A DNA stretch of 64,000 nucleotides from the human T2T-CHM13v2.0 reference genome, Homo sapiens: assembly GCF_009914755.1 (NCBI RefSeq), contig NC_060935.1; one strand, written 5' to 3'. The position numbers and the translations under genes were made by a program. The notes beneath the pieces are model-generated. The model saw nothing but the letters and a program-made list of their open reading frames with translations, ran no database searches and was not told the origin of the DNA. Of this stretch, positions 29,734 to 42,879 are shown piece after piece. Within the stretch, counting starts at the first letter, position 1, and the number at the start of each line of letters is the position of its first letter.

Positions 29734-30224
29734 ATATTAGGATATCCATTTCGTAGAGGAAGAAATGGCGTTTCTACACAGAGAGACTGTGTAGCAAGCC
29801 CAATGTCAAAACAGTGAGGTAGTGGCCAAGTTGGGATTCAAACCCAGGGCTGCTTAAACTCTGAGCCAAAGCCTATGCTGCTATGCTCTAATTGCAAGGA
29901 CCTTCAGAAGGTCACATAGCAGAGCGTTTAAGGTACAGATTTTAAAATCGGCCTCATCTGAAACCAAGCCTGGCTGCACCCAGACCTGGGGAGTGCCAGC
30001 TCTTTCCCTGGGCATCCAGGGCCCTCCTGGGCTTGGGACTTTACATACCTTGGCCCTGGCTAAGAAAGCATCATCTCTGGCCAGAGCAGCGAGGTTTAAA
30101 GGATCTGTTCCTTGTCGCTGGCACCTCTGCCCATCTCCAGATCCCACCACAGAAGCCAGGGCAATCAGCTGCACTATTTCATTCATCCATGCATTCACTC
30201 ATTCATTTGTGGACACCTCCAATG

Positions 30225-30705
30225 GCTTCCCAGCATTTAAAATAAAACCAAACTTTTAGGTTGGCATCCCAGACCCCCATGACCTCTCCCCATCTCTGAC
30301 CTCCCCGCTTCCATTCTCCCCCATCACTGCCTCCATCACAGCACACACATTCCCACCACTGGATCTTTGCCCATGCAGTTCCCTCAGCCTGGAACACACA
30401 TTTCTGGGACATCCACAGGGCTGTCTGCCTCACAGGTCTTTCTTCTGACCTTGCTGTCCAAAAATAGCCACTCTCTGCCCCTTAACCAGTTTCACTTTTC
30501 CTCCTGGCATATTTCACCACCAGATATTCTGGTCTATATTAATTTGTTTATTGTCTGGCCTCTACTAACATGTACCCTCCAAGACACAGAGACTTGAGTT
30601 TCTCCACTACTTCATCCCAGCACCTAAAACAGGGCCTCTGACACCTAGTGGGCCCTCGAAAGCACTTGTTGAATGGATGAAGGAAGGAATAAATGAATAA
30701 GAAAC
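30225..30705 (+). mobile_element. L2 3' end
   Basis: ctccaatggcttccca..tttgcccatgcagttccctcagcctggaac..cccagcacctaaaacaggg..ttgttgaatggatgaa. Confidence 0.75.
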
Positions 30706-30734
30706 ATGTACTAACTACTTTTCATGGGCTAGGC

Positions 30735-30992
30735 AGCATGGCCTGGTGGTGGGGAACACAGGGTCTGGAACTGAGCTGCTGAGGTTCGACCCCACTGCCC
30801 AGCCTCTTCTTACACCCGTGTGATAATCTTGGGCAAGTTACTTTACTCTCCTGTCCCTCGTTTCCACACTGGTAAAATGGTGATTATAATATTTTCTTCA
30901 CACGGTCATTTCTTGGGTTAAATGAGTTAATTTCTCTACAATACTTTGAACTGTACTTGGCATACAGTAAGTGCTCAAAAAAATCTTAGCTC
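30735..30992 (+). mobile_element. MIR, near full length
   Basis: gcagcatggcctggtggt..cttgggcaagttacttt..taaatgagttaat..ggcatacagtaagtgctcaa. Confidence 0.85.
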
Positions 30993-31214
30993 TAGCGCTT
31001 CAGCGGTGTTTAAAGCAGACGCAGATCCTGCCCCATACAGGGCTCATAGTCTAGTGGGGGAGGCAGACACGGATCAAATAATAGCACAAGTGTGTGAGTT
31101 GAATTATGGTGGGTGCTGTGAACAATAGGAGTTTGGGAGCTCCAGGGAGGTAGTTGGCAGACTTGATCTTCTCCATGGAGTTGCCAAAGTCTTCCCTAAA
31201 GAAGTGACGTTCCA

Positions 31215-31505
31215 CTGGGGGCAGTGGCTCATGCCTGTAATCCCAACACTTTGGGAGGTCAAGGAAAGCAGATCATCTGAGGTCAGGAGTTCGAGACCAG
31301 CCTGGGCAACACAGTGAAACCCCGTCTCTACTAAAAATGCAAAAATTAGCTGGGCATGGTGGTGCATGCTTGTAATCCCAGCTTCTTGGGAGGCTGAAGC
31401 AGGAGAATCGTTTGACCCTGAGAGGCAGAGTTTGCAGTGAGCTGAGATTGTGCCACTGTACTCTGGCGTGGGCAATAGAGTGAGACTCTGTCTCAAAAAA
31501 AAAAA

Positions 31506-31565
<60 letters not shown>

Positions 31566-31567
31566 AA
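31215..31567 (+). mobile_element. AluS with (GAAA)n tail
   Basis: Full Alu; TSD gaa(g/a)tgac(g/a)ttcca; (gaaa)n at ~31505-31567. Confidence 0.95.
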
Positions 31568-33309
31568 TGACATTCCATCTAATGAATGGGAGTAACTAGG
31601 CAGAGAGGTGAGGAAAGGGTACAGCATGAACAAAGGTCCCCAGGTGGTGGGAACCCGGATCATTCTATGGGGCCTGGCCAAGGCTAGTGTGCCCAGAGCA
31701 CCAGGTGGGGAGGGGCAAGAGGAGATGGAAGAAGACACAGGTGGGGCTGTTTCGAGATTCTGCTGCTCACTTGGGAGCAGAGGGGAGCCAGTGAACTGTT
31801 GATGGAGTTAGGGATTAATGGAACTGCAGGCACTATAGCCTGAACCCTCTCAACAGGCTCTGCCCTGAGGGCTGGACCAGGCTAGAGAGGGATGAGGAAG
31901 GCCCTATTCCAGTACACAGTTAGAATCAAAAAGTGCACATGAAAAGGGAGGGAGAGATGGATGGAGGGAGGAAGGGAGGGAACTGCTTCCTCTTTTTATA
32001 GAACAGCTACTCATCCCTCAAAGTCTAGCTCAAATGCTAACTCCTTCGAGAAAGTCTCCTTGGACTTCATCAGGTAGAATTGTTTCCTCCTGTGCTCCCA
32101 AGGCACAATGTGAGAAGCCCTACAATGTCACTCATTGCCCATAATGATAAGAAGAGCTGTGATTTATTGAGTAGCTACTGTGTCCAGCACTGCCCTCTGC
32201 ACTTCACATCTGCTGAGTTGGCCTTCTCTTCCAGCATCCACACAGCCAGCATACCTGGATCTCCAACCTCAATACTGCTTCTCCTTAGCCTTCTCTGCTG
32301 GGTGCCCTTCTGTTTCTCCAAAATGTAAAGGTATCTAGGATGGGGTCTCAGTCTGTCTTGCTCACCTGTGTTTACAGGTGTGCATCTGGATGTAGGAGGG
32401 TCTCGGTGAAGATGCTGTGACCAGCTGACCAGCTGCAGGACTGACCTATTGACTTATGTCATCTTCACTGCAACCTCACAAGGCAAGTGCCCTCATTGTA
32501 CAAATGATGAAAGCCCAGAAAGGCTTCCTAAGTTACCCAAGGCCCAGGTCTGCCCTCTTCACCACCAGGCCACAAAGCCCTAGGCTGAGTTTCACTTGGG
32601 ATAAGCAACCTCCCTCACTAGCTGGACCAGAAGGAAGCTGGCATTTGCTGCTCAGAACCAGGACAATTCATTCGAGTCTGTTTCCTAGCATCAGGCTATG
32701 GCTTGCCCAGACAGAGCAAAGCGGAGGTAAGAGCCTCATGTGTGGGTCTCTCTGCACAGGAAGCGCTTGTCTATTTCTGGCAGGGCCCTAAGGGAGGGGC
32801 AGGGGTGGGAGAGGAGGGGACAGTGCGGAGTCAGCATTCTGAGGCACGAAGAGGCTAATCACAGCTAATCACGGTCCCCGAACCTCATTGGGGGCCAAAG
32901 GGTAGTTATAGCCCAATTATGGGCCAGAACAACTAATGACAGCTCCGGGCTTAACTGAATTGCCTCGACTGTGATTCTCAGTCCACCCCCGCCCCAGAGC
33001 TCCCTGGGTTGGGCTGCTTCCCACAGAGAGGCAAGAGGCTTGGAGGCCTCTTTACACTCTGGGGCCAGGGCCTCGCAAGCTGTAGAAACATAGCCTGCAG
33101 CATCGGCAGCAGACCCAAGGGCCTCAACTGGGCTCCACCAAGCAGCCCATGAACCAGGGCCAGCCAGCCAGGTCCAGCCTCACCGTGCAGCCCAGGGGTC
33201 CTCTCTCTCCTCCACACCCAGGAAGGAGAAGGGGTAGAAGACCCCCATTTCTTGAGCACTGGAGTGTGCCGGGGAATTGATTTGGTTCATGGGTGTAATA
33301 ATCCCCAGG

Positions 33310-33450
33310 ACAACTCTACACAGCTCCATGTTTAAGATGAGGAAACAGAGGCTCAGAGAAGTTAAGTGACTTGCCCAAAGTCACACAGCTAGTGAGTTCA
33401 AGGAACTAGATTGGAACCCAGGTCTCTCTGACTCCAAACCCATGTTCTTT
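33310..33450 (-). mobile_element. MIR
   Basis: agatgaggaaacagaggctcagagaagttaagtgacttgcccaaagtcacacagctagt..gaacccaggtct. Confidence 0.85.
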
Positions 33451-35286
33451 TCAGGATCCAGGGTTCTGCAACATCCTTAAGGATTAAGGAAGTCTCATAG
33501 TACCTGGATGGAGCAAAAAACTTCAAAGTGAAGAGTCTGGGCCCTCTCTGGATCTGTTAAAATGGCCCAGTTCCTAATGAGACACCAGGGTGAGCATGTC
33601 TAGGTGAAATGATTCCCCTCAACCCCTTGTTAGGAAAAACCTGCCAAGCTACATGTGTGAGAGGCAGGGCAGAGGGGCCATCCACTCTCACCTCCCAGTG
33701 CAGAGCCAGGATCTGACATCAAGGAGAACGAGGGGAGGGGGCAGAGGAACCTGCTTCCCCAGCTGCAGAGGCACTGGACAAAAATCAAAGGCCTTTAACC
33801 ACCCTCTCCACCACCCACAGATGGTTCTGCGGATGACAGGGCTGTTTAACATCACTTTCTTCAACATCTTTTCACAAGGATTCCAATCATCAGATATTTA
33901 CATATTACCTCTAATAATCACCACCCAAATACCTCCCACTTCAGCTCCCTTCTCCTCCCCACACCCAGCCACCTTCCTCATATTGGCAATGCTGTTTTCT
34001 TCCAAGTAATCAAATGCCAGCGTCGTGACTGTTTGATGGTCTGGCTGGCTTCAAGGACAAGAAGACCATGGAAGGCAGTGCAACCCTCCCTGCTTGTTGG
34101 GCACCTGGGCTCAGGGGGGGCAGCGGGAGGAAGCCATGAGAACACCTGGAGCGATCCTTGGAAGGGTCCCATGGGCAGGGCTGCGCAAGGAAAGGCTACT
34201 CCCACTGCAGTCTAGAATATTCTGGAGGCTCCAGGGGAGCTCTACTGTTTGTAAGGTCAGGGGCTGCCTGGCGTGACTTTCGGGGTTTAAAGTAGAGAAG
34301 TCACACCAAAAGGGGGTGTCTTCTTCAGGGCTCTGGTTTGAGCTGCTTCACTGCAGGGAGAAGCAGGAGAAGCAGCAGAAAGAGAAAGAAAACTCTCTGT
34401 CCCTTAAGGCCGAGCATGGATCCGGGAGCATCAAGTGACAAAATGCTTGTATGATTGGCTTGTATGTGATTTGGGCCTAGAGTGCTCTATACTGAGGATG
34501 AAAGAGAAAGTAAGGGAGGGAGAAGGAAGGAACAAAAGAGGTGAAGAGGAGCGAGGAGGCACCATACTGAGTATAATACTTGCTGTCTGGTTTTCAAAAG
34601 AGCCATTTTCAACAGGACCTCCAAGGGAAGAGAAGGCATTGTATCTTCAAGCCCACCTGATTCTGTCACTAAGATGTGCACTTGTAGGTAGCTAGGGCTG
34701 TGAGATGCTGTCAAAACAGCTGACAGAGCAACCACTTTGATATCAAGTCGAGGAGAGAAAAGAATCCCATGTCAGCTCCAAGGCCATATTCTATGGAAGC
34801 GAAATTCCCACCCACCCTCATCCCTACCCTAATCTTCTAGGTCCTGGCTGTGGGAAGAGCCCCTAGGCAGGCCATCATAGGATCTGAGGGAGCTGAGGCC
34901 CGAGGTACACTTACCCAGAGCTGGAGAAGATGACGGTCAGTGGGGAAGTGTGTGTGTTTGTGGGGTGGGGGGGTGCCTGGAATGGCCCCACCAAAGATGT
35001 GTCTCCCAGCCTGCTCCATGGCATCGCACTGCCCACTGCCCCAGACCATCAGACTCCTCTGAGCCTCTGCTTTGTCAACTGACCTCAACCAACTGGGTCA
35101 CAGACACTGGACTCGCTTCAATTAATACTCATAACTTCTCATAGCTACAGGGAAAGGAGGGCACCTGTTGCCATTCCCACAAGCCTGCCACTAGGGCAGT
35201 AAAGTATAATGAAAGCAGGTCCCACTCCAAATTTGCACACATTTATTAGCAAGTGGGCCCCACATCCGCCCGGTCCAGAACTCCAT

Positions 35287-35379
35287 AAAGTTCCAGCCAT
35301 ATGCCCTGTTAGATGTTCCCGTAATGAAAAATGTATCCAAAGTCCCAGCCATCTCCCTATTAGATGTTCCGTTAATGAA
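35287..35379 (+). repeat. 52-bp-period tandem duplication
   Basis: aaagt(t/c)ccagccat..ccct.ttagatgttcc..taatgaa at 35287 and 35339. Confidence 0.85.
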
Positions 35380-36304
35380 GGGTAGAGGCAACAGTATTCC
35401 AGTGCAGAACTCATCTGACCTTCTATGGAGTCAAGTAATTGGCCATGCACAAGACTAGAGGGTGTCCTGAATGTGGAGCACTTCTGTAGGCTATTGGACC
35501 ATTGCATTCTAAGACCTTGTTCAGGCAAGAGTGACAGTACCCGTATTGTATCTCCAGCTAATTATGCATTGTTTATCCTACTGGATCACCCATGAAAAAT
35601 CGTTTTATACCCATTATGCAAATGAACAAGCCCTCTTGTGCTGATTGGAAATAAAGACAATGGAAACCCTTATAGTTGTCCCTGTACATTGTGGGCTTCT
35701 CATGAGTCTTTCCAATGCTAAACACCCATCCATGGAGTATGTAGTGTTTCTATTCACGTTAACTGACTATCCTAGAGTATCCTAGAGTATAGACTCAAAA
35801 TATGTCCCACTGCCTATTTGAAATATTTTAAAGTAAATCATAGACAATATAGGCATGCTGTTTCAAGAAAAGAACATGATCTGCAAAGCCCAAGGCATTG
35901 AAAGTGGCCTTGGGAGTTGGAAATGTGCCTTCTGCCTAAGGAAAGATACAGGCATGATGCGTCATTTCATGAACATTCCTTCATGTCTTTGGACTATGAC
36001 TGTTCATATGCATGTTCATCTGAGTTTTTTAGTGTCTCCATGGGCCGTTGTTAATGCCCAGAAAAGACTACTCAGACATTTACTTTGAGTTTAAATAATT
36101 GGAGTTCAATTTACTAAACTGACACATTCACAACCCTAATTCTCTCTTAAGTGTTTAAGTCTGCTTACAAATCTTTGTTCTGTTGATATCAAGCGGGTTT
36201 TAGCAGCTGCTTCTAAGAAGTCTTCGAACATTTGATCGCGTTTACAAACGTAATTAAAGACATCTCAAACAATTTATATTGCCTTTATAAATGTAATGTT
36301 TGGA

Positions 36305-36478
36305 GTGAGTGGTTTCCCTTGGAGGGGGACTGGCTGCAGGAGGGACCTGCTGAGAGGTTTTCCAGGTTCAAGTATTGTGAGGCATCTTGATCTGGTGCTG
36401 GTTACATGGATACCGGTTCACTTTGTCATCTCAGGACTTGTCAGAGTATATGATGTACTTCAATAACATCTTTAAAGT
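36305..36478 (+). mobile_element. L1ME-like 3' end fragment
   Basis: gtggtttcccttggagg..atcttgatctggtgctggttacatgg..ttcactttgt..gtacttcaataa. Confidence 0.55.
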
Positions 36479-37799
36479 CATCTGTTGGATTTCCTTTTAA
36501 ACTCATTTGCCTGTTTTGAGCAAAATCTCCCTGGGGACATAACTAATTCATTTACAGCTAGTAAATTAAATGTATATATACTGTGAACCTAAAATGCTCT
36601 GAAATATTCTAGGACTGAGCATAAGTTTAGTAAGATTTCAATGTAAACTCACACATCTAATTGCTCAATTACATTTTAAATTAGGATGATTAGATTCTCA
36701 CTTTAATAGGCAAAATTATCTTAGCATTACAAGTAAGTGTATAACAGAAAAATAAAATACTATGGTTTTAATTCCCATAAGCCTGTCTTAACATAACCCC
36801 AAATCTCCTGGAGTGAAAAAAATGTACACCCACAAAGAAAAAACATTATCTCAGTTAACTGGGGTGGCTTAGCCCCCAAGAAGGCCGTTATGAGCCCTTC
36901 AGTTGAGGTTGCTTAGGATAGGGAATTTCTCCTGGATGTGGTGGCCTAGGGGGACTCCCTAAGTTCTATGTCACAGGCATAAAAAAAAATGAGGGTTTGT
37001 CTCCCCAGCTCTTCAGCCCAATCCCTGGATTCTGGTAATCCACACACTCCTTAATTCTTGTCTATGCCTACACAGGGTTGATCATGTGCCTGCATTTGTA
37101 GGTTTCAACTCTGACCATATGCACATGTATTCACCCTTTCAACTCTTAGGATTTTTGGAAGTGGGGGGAATCTTGTATTCTTTTGTACTCTTAGGTCTAC
37201 CAACTCTTGAAGGCATTTATGAGATAATGAATTGAATTTTCACTTGCTTGGTCACAAGGTCCCAGGTCACTTTTCTGAGGTGAGTGGGGAGGGAAGAAAG
37301 AATTTTAACCCCCTAGGGCTCAGATCAGCTTGTTCTGGCCTCCACAGTTTCTGTGACTACTCCTCTCTGCTGGCTAGAGTCCAACTCCATCTGCAATGAT
37401 TGTGATGGAGTCCGGACCCTTCTGAGGAACCTCCCCGCTGAACCCAGCTCCCAAGCGCCATTAACACTGACTCCCTACACCCTGGTTCATCCCGACAGGC
37501 TCTGGATTCTTATACATAGAAGACTGCTCAGCAGTCGTCGGAGAGCCGCCAAGTCCGTGACAACCTGTAGGCCCATCACAGCTGACGACATCCAGACAGG
37601 CTCTCACTGGCAGACTCATCTCTCGCCTTTCCACGGCAACTTCTATTTTGACCACGCACTCACATGGATCCTTCTCTTATTCACTCCTACAGTTTCCAGC
37701 CAGACTGGCCCATGGCGGGAGGTGGCTCTGCGAAAGTAAAGAAAACAGAAGGCAACCAATAGCCAGTGTGGCTTTAACCTGAAGAACAGCTGCATGTTC

Positions 37800-38010
37800 A
37801 TTGACTGCTTAGTGCATGCTAAATGTTTCACATGCACTTACTCGATTCATCTTGACAACAGCCCTGTGACGTGGGTGCCTTAGTCCATGTTTTTTTTTTT
37901 TTTTGGAGGAGGAAGCTGAAGCACAGAGAGGCTAAGTAATTTGCCCCAGGTCACACAGCCAGTGAATAGTAAGCCAGGATTGGCACACAGGTCTCTAATT
38001 TTAATCACTT
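37800..38010 (-). mobile_element. MIR
   Basis: gacaacagccctgtga..gaggaagctgaagcacagagaggctaagtaatttgccccaggtcacacagccagt. Confidence 0.8.
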
Positions 38011-39776
38011 CACACTTAATCCCTAAATTATATGCTCTTTAATTAGGAGAGGGTTTAGGATTAGCCCAGAGCCAGGCTGCTGCAGGGGAGAGGCCCCCCC
38101 CTGCTTAGGGGCTGTTGGGGGGTGGAGCTCCAGCTGTCTCTAGGGAACAAACACAGCTGAGAAGGAGAAAGGGGAGGAGTGTCTTCATCGGAAGACACTA
38201 AAGAGAGGAAGCAGTGGGAAGAAGTCTGTCTTGTAACACTCAGGAGAGCTCACCAAGCGCCAGGCACAGCGCTGGGCCCCTTCCATCCTGTACCCTGGCA
38301 CTCCTCAAACCTCATAACTCGTGCAGTCTTTGAAAAAAGTGAAACACTCTCTGGCTTTTGTATTCATTAACATCTCCAACAAGTGACTACTGCAACTAAA
38401 ATGAATCAAAGCAAAGGAGGAAGGCAGTGCTTTGTGAACCTCATGTCCTCTGCCCCTTCTCCGAGATGCTGTCCAGACACCCCGCTCCCCAGCCAGGAGT
38501 GAATTTCACTGAATCCTCCCTGCAAAGATGCCGACAGATCTGCTCATTCTATAGACAAGGGCATTGATATGCCTGTGGCAGAGGTGGCTTTCAGTGAAGG
38601 TCTGTGACCCCAAAGCACAAGGTTTCTAATCATGACCCTATACTGCCTGTTGGGGTGACATGGGCCTCTAGCTGACAGACCACTCAGATGACCAAGAAGC
38701 CACATCCCTTGCTAAGTGTCAGAAAATTTGGTTTAAGCTGGCAATTTTCCAGGTTGTATACACTGGGGGAAGCACAGAAAGGGGAATGGCTGAGGCTCAG
38801 AGAGGGTAAGTAACTTACCAAGGCCACACAGCAATGGCCTTGTCCATGGTGTGTGGCCTCAGGACTGGAACATAAGTCCTGTCTGCCCCTGTGTCTTCCC
38901 TGCCCCCCTCCCACGCCAGCACACACCCCACACCTCTGAGATACCAGCCTGGCCTGCTGAATAAGCTCACGCAGACTGGATTCTGATGAGTGTGTTTCGC
39001 TTTGCCTGGCAGGCTGCTTAGTGATTGTTCTAAACCTGCGTGTGGGCTTCTCCACTCCCCCAGTCTTCTATTTCTTTCTTCGCCCCCAATGCTTCCCCAT
39101 CCCTCACCCTCCCCCCACCAGCACCCAGTACAGCAAGCCACACTCAGCAGGTGTTCAATGAACACTTGCTCTGCCAACGAGGCATTGGACCATCTGTAGG
39201 GGGCCGGAGTGGGTGTCAGGCTCCCACCCCCACCCCAGCGCCAGCTCCAGGGCCCAGGACGGGAGTCCCTCTGCAGGTGAGCCTGACAGCACTCAGGCTG
39301 CCGTCCCACTTGGGGGAGATTGTAAAGACTGTGACTTCCGGGAGGAAGTGGTTCAGAGGCCCAAGCTGTGTCTGGAAAGTCAGAGGCTTGCTCCAGGCCA
39401 GGAAGTCACCCAGCTTGCAACAGGGCCCTCGGGTCCCATCCTCACCCCCTGCCTACAGTCAGGGAAACTCCTGCCAAGCCCTAGAAGGATGTGAGCCCAG
39501 ACCCCTCTCCAGTGGCAGGCTTCTAAGACCTGGTGCCCAGGAAAGGGAGTTGGTAAACAGCTCAAACTGCCCCACTTTGAATTTAGAAACTGCGGGGAAC
39601 GTGTGAGCAGTGTGGGCAGCTGGAGAGAAAGGAGTGAAGACGCAGGCTTGGGCTCGTTCACTGGCACAAACTGTGAATCCCTGGCGTCCCTCAGGGAGTC
39701 TGGCAATGGGGTTGGGATGGTACCAAGGATTCCTGGTCCTAAGGGCTTTCCCGTTGCTGTTGCCCCGTGAGTCCCA

Positions 39777-39965
39777 CAGTTTACTAACTCGAGTGTGCAG
39801 GAGTTGCTTGGGAAACTTGCGGTTCCTGCACTCCCAGCTCCAGAGTCTAACCCGGTAGGTCTTGTGTAAGACCCAGGAATTTGTATTTTCATCGATGAGC
39901 CTCCTGACCCCCACCCCCAGGTGATTCGGCACAGGTAGTCTTTGAACTACACCTTGGAAGCACTT
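39777..39965. mobile_element. MER5-like hAT MITE
   Basis: gtaggtcttgtgtaagacccaggaatttgtatttt..ccccaggtgattc..actacaccttggaagcact. Confidence 0.6.
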
Positions 39966-40512
39966 TCTTGAGTTTTCTTCTCCAAGGGCTGGAAACACCG
40001 GTGCTTAACTAGAAGCGGTCTAGTTGTGAAGGCTGAGGTCCCATCCGCTTGCCGGAGGCCGGCCAGCAGGTCATATGGTTCCAGTGTCTCTGAAGGCGGA
40101 GGCTGGTCACTTTGGAAGTGGACCCATCTAGGGCCTGAAGCTGGTTCCTGGGACCCTCCCATCAAGGGCTAGCTGAATGGCCACCACCCCAGGCTGTAGC
40201 TATATCTCCTAAGAAGGAACAGAAGAAAGGAAGGGGCCTGGAAAGGTGGGGAGGAACCTGCCACAGAGATTGGAGATGCACTGGGCCCCCAGGAGAGGGG
40301 TTATCGTACAGGATAGCAGGGGGACTGGCCTATGCCCCACCCCCGATGCTGACTCCCCTGGGACAGCCCTGTGGGAGATCCTCACGTTGTGCAGAGCTGG
40401 GAGGGCTGGATATCAGCTCTTCCCTTCACAGTGGGCAGATGAAGGTTCCAGGAGTTTCCCTCTTAAGCACTGGGATCCTTCCTGCTAGCGCCTTCCTATG
40501 CTGTAAGTCATA

Positions 40513-40867
40513 TGTATTAGTCCGTTTTCAGGCTGCTGATAAAGACATACCCAAGACTGGGTAATTTATAAAGAAAAAGAGGTTTAATGGACTCACAGTT
40601 CCACATGACTGGGGAGGCCTCACAATCATGGCAGAAGGCAAAAGGCACTTCTTACATGGCAGCAGGCAAGAGAGAATGAGAGCCAAGTGGAAGGGGAAAC
40701 CCCTTATAAAACCATCAGATCTTGAGAGACTTATTCACTACTAGTACACTATGAGAGAAACCGCGTGATTCAATTATCTCCCACCAGGTCCCTCCCACAA
40801 CACGTGGGAATTATGGGAACTACAATTCAAGATGAGATTTGGGTGGGGACACAGCCAAACCATATCA
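40513..40867 (-). mobile_element. THE1B-like solo LTR
   Basis: tgtattagtccgttttcaggctgctgataaagacatacccaagactgggtaatttataaag..gacacagccaaaccatatca; TSD tc(a/g)ta. Confidence 0.93.
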
Positions 40868-41099
40868 TCGTATAATGCAACAAATTCTGGTGTCAGTATC
40901 AGGAAATGGTGAGCTCCAGCTCCATTGAGTCACTGAGACCCTGGGAAAGACTTCCCACCACCTGGATTCACTGGCCCCACCACCTGCCATCTACAATGAG
41001 GAGACTGGATTAAAACAGGAGAAGCAACAACTGATTAATACGGCTGCCCTGAGCAGTGTCTTGAGAAGCACTGGGGTTAAGTGTGGGTCTAGAAAAACA

Positions 41100-41345
41100 A
41101 CCAAACACTTACAGACCACGTGCCCAGTACCACTGCAAGCATTTTACAGATATTTATATAAAATTTAATTTAATCTTGTTTAAAAGCTCATTTAATTCCG
41201 CAGCAACAACACCATGAAGTCGGTATTAGTACCTCCACTTTACAGATGAGGAAACTGAGGCACAGGATGATTAAGGATCTTGTCCAGGGATTCCCAGTAC
41301 ATGGCACAGCTGGATTCTGCACCTCTGTAGTCTGGCTCTAGACCC
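41100..41345 (-). mobile_element. MIR
   Basis: ccactttacagatgaggaaactgaggcacagg..attaagg..cttgtccagg. Confidence 0.8.
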
Positions 41346-42879
41346 TGCCTCTACTCACCTCATTCTTCCTCCAAAACAACACAAAAGCTCATTATGATGA
41401 CTTAATGGCCGGTGTCTGCCCCCGGCATGGCAGGGACAGAAGAGTACACAAACCTCTTATCAGCCTTTCCTACCACATTTCCAGTCTGCGGTTCTACCAC
41501 CCATAAACAAGCCCATAGAGAGTAGAAGCAAATGGAGCAAGATCAGAGTGGGCCAGGGAGCACTGGAGCCCAGGCGGGACTGGACTCTTCCATTTGAGTT
41601 CACCGCACCACTTCATGCCTCCCCTGGACTGACCAGCATTTGAGCCCAAACCCACAGGGCACTGCTCACCATTCCTCAAAAAATCTCAGCTCGTTCCCAC
41701 CTCTGGACCTTTGCACATGCTGATGTCTTCCTCAAAAACATCTCCTTTTCTTCAAATTTCATCTCAAATGCCACCTCCTGCAGAAGCTCTTCTAGATTCT
41801 CCTCCAACCAAACAGAGCCTGCCCTTTCTCTGGAGCCCCAGGCCAGGGTCCCATCCCACCACCAGCAGAATAGAGGCCACAGCTTCCCAGCTCTGCATGC
41901 CCAGCAACGGGTTCTGGCGCATAAGGGATTGAGCGCTCAGTAGGGGATTGAGGCACCAGAAGGAAATGAAAGCCTTCTGAGTTCTGACTCATTCACTGAC
42001 TCGTTTATTCTATCAGGCTTTTTTCCTTAATTGAAAAAGAAAGAACTGAATTCCATACCTGCCTATAAATAAGGATTTAAAATCACATCAGTCACAAGAG
42101 CCCACTGTTTTGTCTCCCAGGGTCTGGGCTGCTGATCAGTTTCCTTTGTTAACCAGATCCGGTTTGTTTATCAACATCAGGCTGTAGAATTTGCAGGTCA
42201 GGCCACAAGGGTGTGAACCTTCTGCCATCCCCTCTCCGACAGTTGAGGAAAGAGGAGAAACTATAAATAATGTTCCTCTGCCCTCCAGGAACTTCCAGGC
42301 TAACATACAGGCTGGGCATACAAAATAAGTCCGCACCTGTGTGCCCGCCAACGCTGCAGTGGCAGAGGGGCATGCGGTCCACAGCCCCTGCAGAGAGGAA
42401 GTGTCTGGGGCAGACCTTGCCAAGCAGCCAAGAGTCTTCTCCATTTTCCCCTTGCTGGTTTTCTTCTCACTTCCCCTTTGTTAGAACTGTCCTCTTCTCT
42501 GCAGATCCTTGCTGGGGAGGATAGACAGAGGCAGTGGGGTAGGGAGGCAGGAAAGGTGGGATTTGAAAACACCAGGCTGAGCCAGAGCCTGGAGCAGCCG
42601 GGACCTCAGCAACACTGTGGCTGCCCATGGAAACCATCCCAGGTAAGATGATGGTCCCCGGGCTCAGCCAGCAGAGGGCCTAGCTGAGTCAGCATCTGCG
42701 CATCAGTGAATGAAGGTGTGAATGAATGGAGTGGAAGCTGGAGATGGGATGTGAAGTATGTGGGTCTCTGCTGGGAACACCTATGAGTCCTTGCCCTTTG
42801 CACCTGGCATTTGTGCAAATGACTCACAATCACAAGTGAGTCCTTTCTTTCTTCTGCTTCCTACCTCATCTTTCAACCC

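Noticed and set aside
37655-37741. Possible small exon (polypyrimidine tract plus tacag acceptor at 37692, gtaaag donor at 37736)
   Set aside because: Weak donor, no recognisable reading frame or partner exons; cannot be supported without transcript data.
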